Assembly: GCA_016124955.1 (NCBI GenBank)
Contig: WGMR01000008.1
Span: forward strand, 18,004-82,003
Direction: 5' to 3'
From: Alphaproteobacteria bacterium
GTDB taxonomy: Bacteria; Pseudomonadota; Alphaproteobacteria; UBA9219; RFNS01
Length of the DNA: 64,000 nt
Shown: piece by piece, positions 18,291 to 30,508 of the stretch
Layout: every line of letters begins with the position of its first letter
How positions within the stretch are numbered: position 1 is the stretch's first letter
Position numbers and translations under genes: made by a program
Notes under the pieces: model-generated
The model's database searches: none
Told to the model about the DNA's origin: nothing
Seen by the model: the letters and a program-made list of their open reading frames with translations, nothing else

Positions 18291-19037
18291 ATGGAAAAAA
18301 TCGAAGGGCGGCAAATACGGGGCGCACGCGGACTGTTGGGTTGGAGCGCTGAGCATCTTGCCGAGCGAACCGGTCTGACGCGTCAGGCGATCAAACGCAT
18401 CGAGGATGGCGCGGTGCGCCCGCGCGAAGGAACACTGGCCGACATTATGCGCGTGCTTGACGAGCAGGGCATAGAGTTCAGCGGCAATTCGGGTGTGCGT
18501 TTCAAGCCGCAGGGCGTGGAAGTGCTGACAGGCGACGAAGGCCTGCGCCGGCATTTCGACAATGTCTATGAATATATGTCCAAGCACGGGGGGCTGGTTC
18601 AGCATGTCGGTATGAACGAAATGCAGTTATATAACCACATTAGGTACGAGTTCTCGAGAGTGCATGTTGGCCGTATGATGGATATTGCGGCCGAACGTGA
18701 TGATGTGAATGTACGCGCCATTCTTTGTGAGGGAGATGCATTTTTCGGCAGCGATTATACGGAGTACCGTTGGCAGGCCAGAGGCAGCTATGACGATGTC
18801 GCCTATTATCTCTATGGCGACCGGCTGGCAATCATGTCGTTCGTGGGCGAACCGTCGCCGATTGTCGTGACGCATAAAATTCCGTCCATCGCACAATCTT
18901 ATCGCAGGCAGTTTGAAGCGTTGTGGAAGGACGCCGTTGTCCCGCCCGGCTACAAATTCCGTCGCCCCCGGCCGGGGGACGAAAACAAGGGTGCCGCGCC
19001 AGTCTGGCAGACTGCGGGGGACAAAAGGAAGAGGTAA
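18291..19037 (+). CDS. XRE-family HTH regulator with TrmB-like C-terminal domain (paralog of 16436..17077)
   Basis: QIRGARGLLGWSAEHLAERTGLTRQAIKRIEDG; VEVLTGDEGL...EYRW...YYLYGD...RQFEALW; AGGAG RBS. Confidence 0.8.
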   Translation: MEKIEGRQIRGARGLLGWSAEHLAERTGLTRQAIKRIEDGAVRPREGTLADIMRVLDEQGIEFSGNSGVRFKPQGVEVLTGDEGLRRHFDNVYEYMSKHGGLVQHVGMNEMQLYNHIRYEFSRVHVGRMMDIAAERDDVNVRAILCEGDAFFGSDYTEYRWQARGSYDDVAYYLYGDRLAIMSFVGEPSPIVVTHKIPSIAQSYRRQFEALWKDAVVPPGYKFRRPRPGDENKGAAPVWQTAGDKRKR

Positions 19038-19038
19038 T

Positions 19039-19112
19039 TGGAGCGGGTGACGGGAATCGAACCCGCGTAGCCAGCTTGGGAAGCTGGAGCTCTACCATTG
19101 AGCTACACCCGC
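19039..19112 (-). tRNA. tRNA-Gly (anticodon CCC)
   Basis: Reverse complement GCGGGTGTAGCTCAATGGTAGAGCTCCAGCTTCCCAAGCTGGCTACGCGGGTTCGATTCCCGTCACCCGCTCCA: cloverleaf, TTCGA T-loop, encoded CCA. Confidence 0.97.
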
Positions 19113-19165
19113 AACTTGGCGCATAATACACTATCTTTTTCCGGCCAAGGCAATAAGCTGTTTCC

Positions 19166-19558
19166 ATGTACACCGCCACAACGCGCGATATCAAAATTAC
19201 CGTCAGGCCCGTTTACCTGGAGGATCAGTCTGCCCCGGCCGACAACCATTTCGTGTGGGCCTATCACGTGAAGATCGAGAATATGGGGCAGGAAACGGTG
19301 CAGCTTCGCAGCCGCGTATGGCGCATCACCGACAGCAAGGGCGAGGTGAACGAGGTGCGCGGCCCCGGCGTGGTGGGCGAACAGCCGACGCTCGAGCCCG
19401 GCGATTATTTCGAATATACAAGCGGCACGCCGCTCGCCACGCCTTCGGGCATTATGGGCGGCACGTACCAGATGGAAAATGAACGCGGCGAGGCGTTCGA
19501 TGTCGTCATCCCCGCCTTTTCGCTCGATAGCCCCTATCAGCTGGTGCGGTTGAACTGA
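19166..19558 (+). CDS. apaG: ApaG protein
   Basis: [20 protein letters not shown]. Confidence 0.95.
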   Translation: MYTATTRDIKITVRPVYLEDQSAPADNHFVWAYHVKIENMGQETVQLRSRVWRITDSKGEVNEVRGPGVVGEQPTLEPGDYFEYTSGTPLATPSGIMGGTYQMENERGEAFDVVIPAFSLDSPYQLVRLN

Positions 19559-22129
<2,571 letters not shown>

Positions 22130-22176
22130 CTAACTATTTGATTTTCAATATGAAAATGCCGAAGGAAACGCGCTTT

Positions 22177-23130
22177 TCAGGTGGCCGTTGCGCGCGCGCC
22201 AAGCGCCTTATCCAGCAGCCCCGGCAAGCCGCTTTTATCGACCATGTGCGACCACAAAAACGGCGTGGGATCGACCGTACGGTTATCCGGCCAATCGAGC
22301 GTTTCGGGCACGGTATCGAACATGCGTGCGCCGTCTGCCGGCGCCCATAAGGCGTTGATCCCGTACTTTGCCGCCGTTTTACGGTTCATAACCTGATCGT
22401 TGGCGAGGATACGCTGTCCCACCGCGGCGGCATCCAGCATCTTGGTTGGCACCTGCACGATATGCGGGTAATGGGTTGGGAAGTAACAAACGGCGACGCG
22501 TGCATGACGCAGGTTCTCGAACACCTCGTCTTGCGGCATGCGCCCGGCGAAGGTGATATTTTTATACGCCGCATAACGTTCGGTCAGCCAAGGTTCTTGC
22601 TTGCCGGCCAGCAAGAAAGTTTTGTGCGCGCCAAAACGGCGCACGAAGCTATCGAGCATCAGGTGCGATTTGCGCTCGCGCGTAAGCACGCCGGCATAGA
22701 AGAAATCCGGCGCAGGTTTTGCGGTGTCGTGCGATTTGTCGCGTAGCGCGGGCACATAGTCTGGCACGCCGATATCCTGCAAGGCGAAGGGAACGCCGTC
22801 TTTGAAATAACCAAGGTCGTGGATGTAGGGCGTGACGATGCGCAAATCGGGCCGGGCATTGCTGATGCGTTTGATGAAGTTTTTAATGTGCCTGAAAGGC
22901 GGCACGGAAAGCGATTTATAATCGTGAACGGTCAGTGCGGCGGGCAGCTTCTTCGGGTAATAGCCCATCATGTACCAGCAAACCGCCTCATGCAGGTCGG
23001 GCTTTTGTGCGGCGGCGGCGAAGTTCGTTTCCTCGCACTGAAAACGTTTTTCGAAGTAAGTGCAATTCAGCCCGACGCTGGGGTGAAAAACCTTGCTTTC
23101 ATGAATAAAATATATTTTCCGGATGGTCAT
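22177..23130 (-). CDS. Putative GT-B (family 4-like) glycosyltransferase
   Basis: FFYAGVL...R, ITFAGRMPQDEV, PTKMLDAAAVG resemble the GT4 C-terminal domain. Confidence 0.65.
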   Translation of the reverse strand: MTIRKIYFIHESKVFHPSVGLNCTYFEKRFQCEETNFAAAAQKPDLHEAVCWYMMGYYPKKLPAALTVHDYKSLSVPPFRHIKNFIKRISNARPDLRIVTPYIHDLGYFKDGVPFALQDIGVPDYVPALRDKSHDTAKPAPDFFYAGVLTRERKSHLMLDSFVRRFGAHKTFLLAGKQEPWLTERYAAYKNITFAGRMPQDEVFENLRHARVAVCYFPTHYPHIVQVPTKMLDAAAVGQRILANDQVMNRKTAAKYGINALWAPADGARMFDTVPETLDWPDNRTVDPTPFLWSHMVDKSGLPGLLDKALGARATAT

Positions 23131-23156
23131 GCTCTGCCACTTTCGCAGCAGTCATA

Positions 23157-23672
23157 TCAGGCGGCGGTGCTCTGCGCAACGGCGGAACAATTGACGATCA
23201 GCGGTTGATAATGCAACGCATTTACGAATCTGAGCAGATCGGCGCTGGCTATCGTCGTGGAATGGTCGTTCCGCAGCGGGTGATAGTTGACATAGGGGCT
23301 TTGCAGCATGCTTTGATCAAGCACGGGCGTGACTCTGCGCGATTGGTCGTTGATGAGCGCGAAAGGCGGCACCGAGCCGGGCGTGACCCCCAGAACTTCC
23401 ATCAGCAAATCGGGCTTCCCGAACGATAACCGCGCGGCCCCGATGATTTTTTCGATCTGGCCAAGATCGGCGCGTGCTGCGGCGGGCATCACAACAAGCC
23501 AGATTTTGCCCTTTTTGTCTTTCAGGAAAAGATTCTTGCAATGCAGCCCGTCCACCAGCGGCCAGACGTCCTTGCCATCCTCCACCGTAAAAACCGGGCG
23601 GTGGGAAATCGTTTTATGCGTGATGCCGAGCTGATCGAGAAAGGCGAACAGCTCATCTTTTGTGGTCGGCAT
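23157..23672 (-). CDS. YbaK/ProX-family aminoacyl-tRNA deacylase
   Basis: HRPVFTVE, HCKNLFLKDKK, LSFG, LGVTPGSV-x-PF, YHPL-x-N. Confidence 0.9.
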   Translation of the reverse strand: MPTTKDELFAFLDQLGITHKTISHRPVFTVEDGKDVWPLVDGLHCKNLFLKDKKGKIWLVVMPAAARADLGQIEKIIGAARLSFGKPDLLMEVLGVTPGSVPPFALINDQSRRVTPVLDQSMLQSPYVNYHPLRNDHSTTIASADLLRFVNALHYQPLIVNCSAVAQSTAA

Positions 23673-23687
23673 GGGACATCCCGAAGG

Positions 23688-24764
23688 TTATGAGCAGGCA
23701 GGATCGTCGCCCGCACAATTTACCACAGGTGCCCACAAAACGTCATCGATAATCTCGGTGCCCGCGCAAAGCATCGCAAGCCTATCGAATCCAAGCGCAA
23801 TTCCGGCCGAAGGCGGCATGCCGTGTTCGAGCGCGGCGATAAAATCTTCGTCGATCGGGTGCCGCTCGCCGTAAAATTTTTCCTTAAGCGCCATATCGGC
23901 GATGAAGCGTGCGCGCTGTTCTACCGGGTCGGTCAGCTCGCCAAAGGCGTTGGCGAGCTCGAGCCCGCAGATGTAAAGTTCGAACCGTTCGGCAAGCCGC
24001 GGGTTTTCCGGCTTCGGCCGCGCCAGCGCTGCCATGCTGACGGGGTAATCGCACAAAAAGGTCGGCCTGCCGTTCCCGAGTCTGGGTTCGATTTTCTCGA
24101 ACATGATGCGGAAGAAAATATCATCCCATGTGTCGGTTTCCGCCACGCGCACGCCGGTGCGTTCCGCTTCGCGCGCCAGCAGCGTGCGGTCGGGGCTGGC
24201 CGGGTCGGGGGCGGTCGCAAGCAGATCGATCCCGGCCATGCTTGCAAAAGCTTCGGCCACGCCAAGCGTCTCCCACTCCGCCGTCACGTCGCATGACATG
24301 CCGCGAAACTGCATGCGCGTCCGCCCTGCGGCGGCGGCGCAGCCGCGCACGAGCTGCACACAATCCCGCATCAAATCGCGGTAGCCGGCGTTTGCGCGGT
24401 ACCACTCAAGCATCGTGAATTCCGGGTGGTGCGTGGCGGACCGTTCGCGGTTGCGCCACACCCGCGCCATTTGGAAAATACGCGGCATCCCGGCCACCAG
24501 CAGCTTCTTCATCGCGAATTCAGGGCTGGTATGCAGGTAAAGCTGCTTTTGGCCGCCCTGCGCGCCTAGCAGCGTGGTCGCGAAGGCGTGCAGATGAACC
24601 TCCATGCCCGGCGATATCTGCAGATAGGGCGTTTCCGCCTCATGGAACTTTTCGCCCGCGAAAAAGGCACGCGTGGTTTGCACGATGCGTTCGCGGGTTT
24701 GCAAGTAGGGCAGGCGGCGGGCGAATGCGTCCGGCCGCCACCATGGTGCGGTCGGCGCTGCCAT
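23688..24764 (-). CDS. epmA: EF-P lysine aminoacylase
   Basis: YLHTSPEFAMKKLL, HHPEFTMLEWYR, ERFELY, ELANAFGELTD, GIALGFDRL. Confidence 0.95.
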   Translation of the reverse strand: MAAPTAPWWRPDAFARRLPYLQTRERIVQTTRAFFAGEKFHEAETPYLQISPGMEVHLHAFATTLLGAQGGQKQLYLHTSPEFAMKKLLVAGMPRIFQMARVWRNRERSATHHPEFTMLEWYRANAGYRDLMRDCVQLVRGCAAAAGRTRMQFRGMSCDVTAEWETLGVAEAFASMAGIDLLATAPDPASPDRTLLAREAERTGVRVAETDTWDDIFFRIMFEKIEPRLGNGRPTFLCDYPVSMAALARPKPENPRLAERFELYICGLELANAFGELTDPVEQRARFIADMALKEKFYGERHPIDEDFIAALEHGMPPSAGIALGFDRLAMLCAGTEIIDDVLWAPVVNCAGDDPACS

Positions 24765-24832
24765 GCGGGTGATCCTTCGGGGATTTATGTCTTGGGGAAG
24801 TTAGGCCGGGCGCGCGCGCCGGGCAAGGCCGG

Positions 24833-25486
24833 TTAGAACTTGAACTTCATGCCGAGATCGAGCACTTGCAGATCGACCTGGTCGTTCTGGTTGCGGCCGG
24901 TAAAGGTGGTGGTATCGCCACCCGAAAAACCGGCCTTGTAGTTGAGCGAAAGGTCCCAATCCTTGCCGAGGCGGTAAACCACGCCGCCGCCGACGCGGAA
25001 CAGCGGGACCATATCCCCGCCGCGCAGATTGGTGCGGCTGCCCACTGGGGCATCGGCCATTGCCATGCCGACGCCGCCGCCGACATAAGGCGAAATCGGG
25101 AGGCCGGTGCCGAAATCATAGTTGAAGTCATAGCTGCCATCGATCAGCAGCGCATAAACGCGCTGATCGCCTTCCAGCTCCGCCAAACGGTCGGTGCTGA
25201 AATCGCCGATCACGCCAAGGCCGCCGACGCCGCGGTTGGCCGATGTATCGTTGCCCGAAGCGCGGCCGGAAAAGAAGCTGCTGGAAAGGCTGAAGCCGTG
25301 GCTGGATTGGTCTTCGCGTGCGAACAGAACGGTTGCTGCGCCGCTGGTCAAAGCCTGACTAAGCGCGTCACTATCTGAGCTGATCGCCGCTTGTGCGGGC
25401 GCGGGTAGCACAAAACACATTCCCGCCAAGCCGAGAACGGCAAGGGCGCGGCGCGCAGTGAGGCAATGTGCAATAACGCGATTCAT
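24833..25486 (-). CDS. Outer-membrane beta-barrel protein (opacity/OmpA-like small barrel)
   Basis: Signal peptide ending AQA; SPYVGGGVG; alternating beta strands; terminal LGMKFKF aromatic beta-signal. Confidence 0.75.
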   Translation of the reverse strand: MNRVIAHCLTARRALAVLGLAGMCFVLPAPAQAAISSDSDALSQALTSGAATVLFAREDQSSHGFSLSSSFFSGRASGNDTSANRGVGGLGVIGDFSTDRLAELEGDQRVYALLIDGSYDFNYDFGTGLPISPYVGGGVGMAMADAPVGSRTNLRGGDMVPLFRVGGGVVYRLGKDWDLSLNYKAGFSGGDTTTFTGRNQNDQVDLQVLDLGMKFKF

Positions 25487-25689
25487 TTCAATGCCTTGGC
25501 TGTCGTATCGGGCATAATAACGCCTATTATGGTTAATCACAATAAACCATATGGGTTAACAACGTGTTTCATGCATGCATGAAAAAGCCCGCTATTTGCA
25601 GGCTTCTATGGTTAGCGGGGCCTATGTATTGTGCCTGCGCGGCCTGTTGTTGCGTTTTCGCAACAAAAACACCATGCGCGTAACGAATG

Positions 25690-27645
25690 TTAATGGGCGA
25701 TGGAGCTGGCCAGCTTGATATTGCTGGCGGCCATGACTTCGCGGGTTTTCTTGACCACGGCCGGCATGAACTGGGCGCGGGGCCATTCGCCCTGCGCCAG
25801 CTCGGCCAGCGAGGTCAGAGGCTGTTCAAGCTGTGCGCGATAGATCCAGTAGTTGGCCAGCACATGTTCGATATAGTCGCGGGTTTCGCGCACCGGCAGG
25901 CTTTCAACGAACAAAAGCGGGTCGTCGCCGTAATTCGTGTCGCGCATCCAGCGTGCCAGCTTCGAAGGGCCGCTGTTATATGCCGTCAGCAGCATCAGAA
26001 GGTTGTTGTTGATCTGCGGGCGCGCGGCGAGGTGGCCGACATAGCGTTGCCCGAGCGAGATATTGATCACCGGGTCGAACAGGTGGCTTTCGTCCGCTTG
26101 CAGCTTGCTGCCGGCCATGACGCTGGCGGTGCGCGGCATAAGCTGCATCAGGCCGCGCGCGCCGCGGTAGCTTTTCGCGCCGGGCTCGAAGCGGGATTCA
26201 TGCCGCATCATGGCATACAAAAGTGCCTGGTCGCCCACGAAGCCCTGCGCCGGCTGCCATGGCGGCACCGGATAGAGCGCGGCGTCATAAAATTCACCCA
26301 TCGCCGGGCGGATGCTGCTGCCCAGCTGCATCAGCAGCGCGGGCATGCCGCTTTCGTGCGCGACCGCCAGCATCGCTTCCTGTAGCGCATCGTCATTGCC
26401 CGGGTGCAGGCGGCGAAGTTCGGCCTCCGCGAGATCCTTTTCCCCCACCTGCAGCAGCGCGAGCGCGCGCCAGCCCGCGGGCTTGGCCGCAAGCGCGCGC
26501 AGCTGCCTGCTGCCAAGGCGCGGCAGATCGAAGCTAAGTGCTATGTCGTGGCCCAGCGCCTGCTGCGCCAGCATGCCGTAGAAGGTACGCTTTTGCTCCG
26601 CCGCCTTTTCCAGCATGGCGCGCGCGCCGCTATCGTCGCCCAGCACGGTCCGCGCCCGCGCGGCCCAGAAACCTGCGGCGGCGCTATCCCAGCTTGCAAT
26701 ATCGTCGTTGGCCGAAAGCGCGCTGAACATCCGGTCCGCGCGCGCGTAATCCTGTTGCCGCCACGCGACCAGCCCGCTGATCCACTGCGCTAACGGAATA
26801 ATTTCCGTCCGGCCTTCCAGGGTGGTTACGGCCTTATCGTCGATCCCTTCGAAGTAATAGCTGGCGGCGATGGCGGCGCGTACATGCGCTTCGAATGCGG
26901 GCGCGAGCCGGCGCTGCTTCAGCGCCGCTTCAAGCGTGCGCAGCGCCTGGCTCGGCCGCGTCAGGCGGATCAGTTCGTTCACGCGCTCGGCCAGTTGCTT
27001 GTCGTCGCTGCGCAGCTTCACATTTTCGTATGCCAGCGGCACGGTGGCGGAGAAGCTGGGCTCGCGTTCGGGGAAGCGGGCCCTGATCGTGTTTCCGGTA
27101 GTCGGTTCGGGCGGCAGCGGGTCGGCGTTGCCGCGCAGCGCCAGCGCCCTTGTATAGATGGTAAGCGCCTGCGGCAGGCCGCTGTAATGCTTCAGCCACT
27201 GGCGCAAATGCTTGTAATCGACACAGCAATGGGCGCTTACATAGCGTTCCCCGAGCGCAACGCCCACAAGCCCGCGGTTATCAACCTCGCCGGCCAGATC
27301 CTTGATTGCGTCGTCGTCGCCGTTGCGTACGGCTTCAAACAGCGCACGGTATTTCGCGGTGTCGCCGCTGCTCAGCTGGCGGGCATTGCGCGGAAGGCTC
27401 TCGTCGCTTTCGAAGGAAGGCAGGTGTAGCGAAACCAGCTTGAGCAGATCGTGCGCCCGCACGGAAAAACTGCGCGCGCCTTCGCTCACCGTTCCTGCCT
27501 CGATGCCCGCGTGCCGTTCCGGCAGCGGTGCATTTTGTGTGGCGGTGTTGATCGAAGAACCCGTTTGGAGCAGCGGCAAACCTAGCGCGCAAATAAAACC
27601 CGTGATGGCTCCGAAACGAGAGAAGTTAAACTTCACTAATTTCAT
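25690..27645 (-). CDS. Soluble lytic transglycosylase (Slt family)
   Basis: HESRF (catalytic Glu), GARGLMQLMP, AYNSGP, ETRDY; long helical N-terminal region. Confidence 0.9.
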   Translation of the reverse strand: MKLVKFNFSRFGAITGFICALGLPLLQTGSSINTATQNAPLPERHAGIEAGTVSEGARSFSVRAHDLLKLVSLHLPSFESDESLPRNARQLSSGDTAKYRALFEAVRNGDDDAIKDLAGEVDNRGLVGVALGERYVSAHCCVDYKHLRQWLKHYSGLPQALTIYTRALALRGNADPLPPEPTTGNTIRARFPEREPSFSATVPLAYENVKLRSDDKQLAERVNELIRLTRPSQALRTLEAALKQRRLAPAFEAHVRAAIAASYYFEGIDDKAVTTLEGRTEIIPLAQWISGLVAWRQQDYARADRMFSALSANDDIASWDSAAAGFWAARARTVLGDDSGARAMLEKAAEQKRTFYGMLAQQALGHDIALSFDLPRLGSRQLRALAAKPAGWRALALLQVGEKDLAEAELRRLHPGNDDALQEAMLAVAHESGMPALLMQLGSSIRPAMGEFYDAALYPVPPWQPAQGFVGDQALLYAMMRHESRFEPGAKSYRGARGLMQLMPRTASVMAGSKLQADESHLFDPVINISLGQRYVGHLAARPQINNNLLMLLTAYNSGPSKLARWMRDTNYGDDPLLFVESLPVRETRDYIEHVLANYWIYRAQLEQPLTSLAELAQGEWPRAQFMPAVVKKTREVMAASNIKLASSIAH

Positions 27646-27725
27646 GGAGCAAGTGACTACCGGGGCGGGACCCGGCAGGCAAGGCTGAAAATACTGTCAT
27701 GCATGGTTAAGCGTTAACCTTTAGC

Positions 27726-28532
27726 CTAAATCAATATGTTGTGCTCTGAAATAAATTTTTTGATCTTAACCATATCGGCCCATGCTTGGCGCTTTGCGGG
27801 CGCTTGGCGCAGCAAATAGGCCGGGTGAAAAACCGGCAGAGTCGGGATCGGTTTTTCCGCGCCGGGCGGCAAATATTCGGCCCACTGTCCGCGTATCTTG
27901 GTGATGCCGGTTTGCGTGCGCAGCAAAGTCTTCACCGCTACGCCGCCAAGCAGCACCAGAAGCTTCGGCTGCTTCAGCGCGATATGCCGTTCCGCGAACG
28001 GCAGGCAGGATGCGATCTCGGTGTCGGTAGGTGAACGGTTGCCCGGCGGGCGCCAGAACAGGATGTTGCTTATATAGACATTCTTTTTGCGGCTGAGTCC
28101 GATGCTTTCCAGCATGCGGTCAAGCAACTGACCGCTTACCCCCACGAAGGGCAAGCCCTGCCTGTCTTCATCCTCGCCCGGCGCTTCGCCTACAAGCATG
28201 ATTTCGGCCTGCGGGTTGCCGTCCGCAAATACAAGGTTCATTGCCGTTTGTTTCAGCGCGCAGCCGTCAAAGGCGGCCACTTCTTCACGCAAAGCTTCGA
28301 TCGTCTGCGCCTTGATGGCGGCATCCGGTGCGGCGGGCCGGAACAGCACGGGCGGCGCGCTTTGTGCCGCGCGCGCGGTCGCAGCAGGGGTCGGGGCTAA
28401 CGCAGAGGGGGCAGGGGCGGTATCTGGCCGCTTCCAGTTCTGCAGCCCGGCTTCCCCGTCTATCGCTTCGTCGGCCCCGGCTTCGATCTGCCAATCCAGC
28501 GCGGCCTTCAGATATTGCATGTTCGCCATCAT
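27726..28532 (-). CDS. Uracil-DNA glycosylase family 4
   Basis: [17 protein letters not shown], RPPGNR-x-P, FHPAYLLR. Confidence 0.93.
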   Translation of the reverse strand: MMANMQYLKAALDWQIEAGADEAIDGEAGLQNWKRPDTAPAPSALAPTPAATARAAQSAPPVLFRPAAPDAAIKAQTIEALREEVAAFDGCALKQTAMNLVFADGNPQAEIMLVGEAPGEDEDRQGLPFVGVSGQLLDRMLESIGLSRKKNVYISNILFWRPPGNRSPTDTEIASCLPFAERHIALKQPKLLVLLGGVAVKTLLRTQTGITKIRGQWAEYLPPGAEKPIPTLPVFHPAYLLRQAPAKRQAWADMVKIKKFISEHNILI

Positions 28533-28615
28533 ACCGATTCCTTAGCACACCCGGCGCGATTTTGCAGAGTTGCGAATTTTGCCATACACTTGTTCCAACA
28601 AATCAGGGAGGCAGG

Positions 28616-30256
28616 GTGTCCGAACAACAAGCGCGCGAAGCGATGGATTATGATGTGGTGGTTGTTGGCGCCGGGCCTGCCGGGCTTTCCTGTGCCATTC
28701 GCATCAAGCAGGCCGCCGCGGCGCAGGGCAAGGATATCAGCGTATGCGTGATCGAAAAGGGCGCCGAGGTTGGCGCCCATTTGCTTTCCGGCGCAGTGTT
28801 CGAGCCGCGCGCGCTGAACGAGCTGTTTCCGAACTGGCGCGAAAAGGGCGCGCCGCTGCGCGTTCCGGTGAAAAGCGACAGTTTTTATTTCCTGACCGCG
28901 AAAAACGCGTTTCCCATGCCGACGCCGCCCGTGCTGCACAACCGCGGCAACTATATCATCAGCCTGGTTCAGCTCGCCAAATGGCTCGCGGCGCAGGCGG
29001 AAGAGCTGGGCGTGGAAATCTATCCCGGCTTTGCAGCCGCCGAAATTCTCTATAACGAAGCCGGTGCGGTTTGCGGCGTGGCCACGGGCGATCAGGGCAT
29101 CGGCAAGAACGGCCAGCCGACCGAACGTTTCACGCGCGGCATGGAATTGCGCGCAAAACAAACCGTGTTCGCCGAAGGTTGCCGCGGCTCGCTCACCAAG
29201 ATGCTATTCGAACGTTTCAAGCTGCGCGAAAAATCCGATCCGCAAACCTACGGCCTCGGTATCAAGGAAGTGTGGGAGATCGATCCCGCCAAACATAAGC
29301 AAGGCGCGGTGATGCACACCGTCGGCTGGCCGCTCGATAGCCGGACCTATGGCGGCTCGTGGCTCTATCACTGGGATAACAACATGGTCTCGGTCGGGTT
29401 CGTTGTCGGGCTCGATTACGCCAACCCCTATCTTTCGCCGTTCGAAGAATTCCAGCGCTTCAAGCATCACCCCGCCATTGCCGCCGTGCTGGCGGGCGGC
29501 AAGCGCATCGCCTATGGTGCGCGCGCCATCAGCGAAGGGGGGCTGCAATCGCTGCCCAAGCTTACCTTCCCGGGCGGGTTGCTGATCGGCGATGCCGCCG
29601 GCTTCGTTAATGTTCCCAAGATCAAGGGCAATCACACCGCTATGAAATCGGGCATGCTGGCGGGCGAAGCACTGGCCGACCATTTCGGCCATGCCAGCGA
29701 CCAGACGGAGGTAACGGATTACCCGCACCGCCTGCAAAACAGCTGGCTGTGGGATGAATTGCACGGCGTGCGCAACATACGCCCGGCTTTCGCATGCGGC
29801 TTGTTGCCCGGGCTTATCTATTCGGGGCTGGAACTTTTCCTTTTGCGCGGCCGGGGGCCGTGGACGTTGCGCAACCATGCCGACCATAAGCAACTGCGCC
29901 CGGCGTCGGAATGCAGCCGCATCGATTACCCCAAGCCTGACGGCACGCTAAGCTTCGACAGGCTTTCGTCCGTGTTTCTTTCCGGGACCAATCATGAAGA
30001 AGATCAGCCCGCACATCTGAAATTGATCGAACACAGCAAGGCGATTGCGCTCAATCACCAAAAATACGGTTCGCCCGAAACGCGTTATTGCCCGGCGGGC
30101 GTTTATGAAGTGGTTGAGGAAGCGGGCGCGCCGAAATTCGTGATCAATGCGCAAAACTGCGTGCATTGCAAAAGCTGCGATATCAAGGACCCGGATCAGA
30201 ACATCAACTGGACGGTGCCCGAAGGCGGCGGCGGCCCGAATTACCAGATTATGTAG
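28616..30256 (+). CDS. Electron transfer flavoprotein-ubiquinone oxidoreductase
   Basis: VVGAGPAGL, GAHLLSGA, KGNHTAMKSG, YCPAGVYE, NCVHCKSCDIKDP; GTG start at 28616 after GGAGG. Confidence 0.95.
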   Translation: MSEQQAREAMDYDVVVVGAGPAGLSCAIRIKQAAAAQGKDISVCVIEKGAEVGAHLLSGAVFEPRALNELFPNWREKGAPLRVPVKSDSFYFLTAKNAFPMPTPPVLHNRGNYIISLVQLAKWLAAQAEELGVEIYPGFAAAEILYNEAGAVCGVATGDQGIGKNGQPTERFTRGMELRAKQTVFAEGCRGSLTKMLFERFKLREKSDPQTYGLGIKEVWEIDPAKHKQGAVMHTVGWPLDSRTYGGSWLYHWDNNMVSVGFVVGLDYANPYLSPFEEFQRFKHHPAIAAVLAGGKRIAYGARAISEGGLQSLPKLTFPGGLLIGDAAGFVNVPKIKGNHTAMKSGMLAGEALADHFGHASDQTEVTDYPHRLQNSWLWDELHGVRNIRPAFACGLLPGLIYSGLELFLLRGRGPWTLRNHADHKQLRPASECSRIDYPKPDGTLSFDRLSSVFLSGTNHEEDQPAHLKLIEHSKAIALNHQKYGSPETRYCPAGVYEVVEEAGAPKFVINAQNCVHCKSCDIKDPDQNINWTVPEGGGGPNYQIM

Positions 30257-30497
30257 CCGGCGCCGGCGTATGTGACATTCTGCGGGCCCCGATAAAGGCG
30301 CCACCGCTAATGGTTGCGCTTAGCATGGCGCCAACCGCAAACTCTATTCCCCACAAGAATGCAGTTGGCCCCGCTTTGGATATGGCCAGAAAGGCGGCAG
30401 CTGATAATCCGCCAAGGGCAAGGGCGCCCACCGCCGCTACGGCGGCGACGCCGAATAACAACCCAATGCCGATTTTTCTTCCCGCAGACAGGGGCAT
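30249..30497 (-). CDS. Small hydrophobic Gly/Ala-rich membrane protein (82 aa)
   Basis: AAAGGA RBS overlapping the prmC stop; fills the prmC/ETF-QO gap; two hydrophobic segments. Confidence 0.55.
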   Translation of the reverse strand: MPLSAGRKIGIGLLFGVAAVAAVGALALGGLSAAAFLAISKAGPTAFLWGIEFAVGAMLSATISGGAFIGARRMSHTPAPAT

Positions 30498-30508
30498 AAT
30501 ATGTTCCT

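Noticed and set aside
15080..19112. Intact prophage or integrative element at tRNA-Gly
   Set aside because: No integrase or structural genes, and no duplicated tRNA 3' end found at the ugd-side boundary.
28328..28615. N-terminal extensions in the ORF track (ETF-QO, ubiG 39132, argO 44246, oxidoreductase 38404, queA 6285, coaBC 11967)
   Set aside because: Most overlap neighbouring genes or spacers, and homology-like sequence begins at downstream starts.
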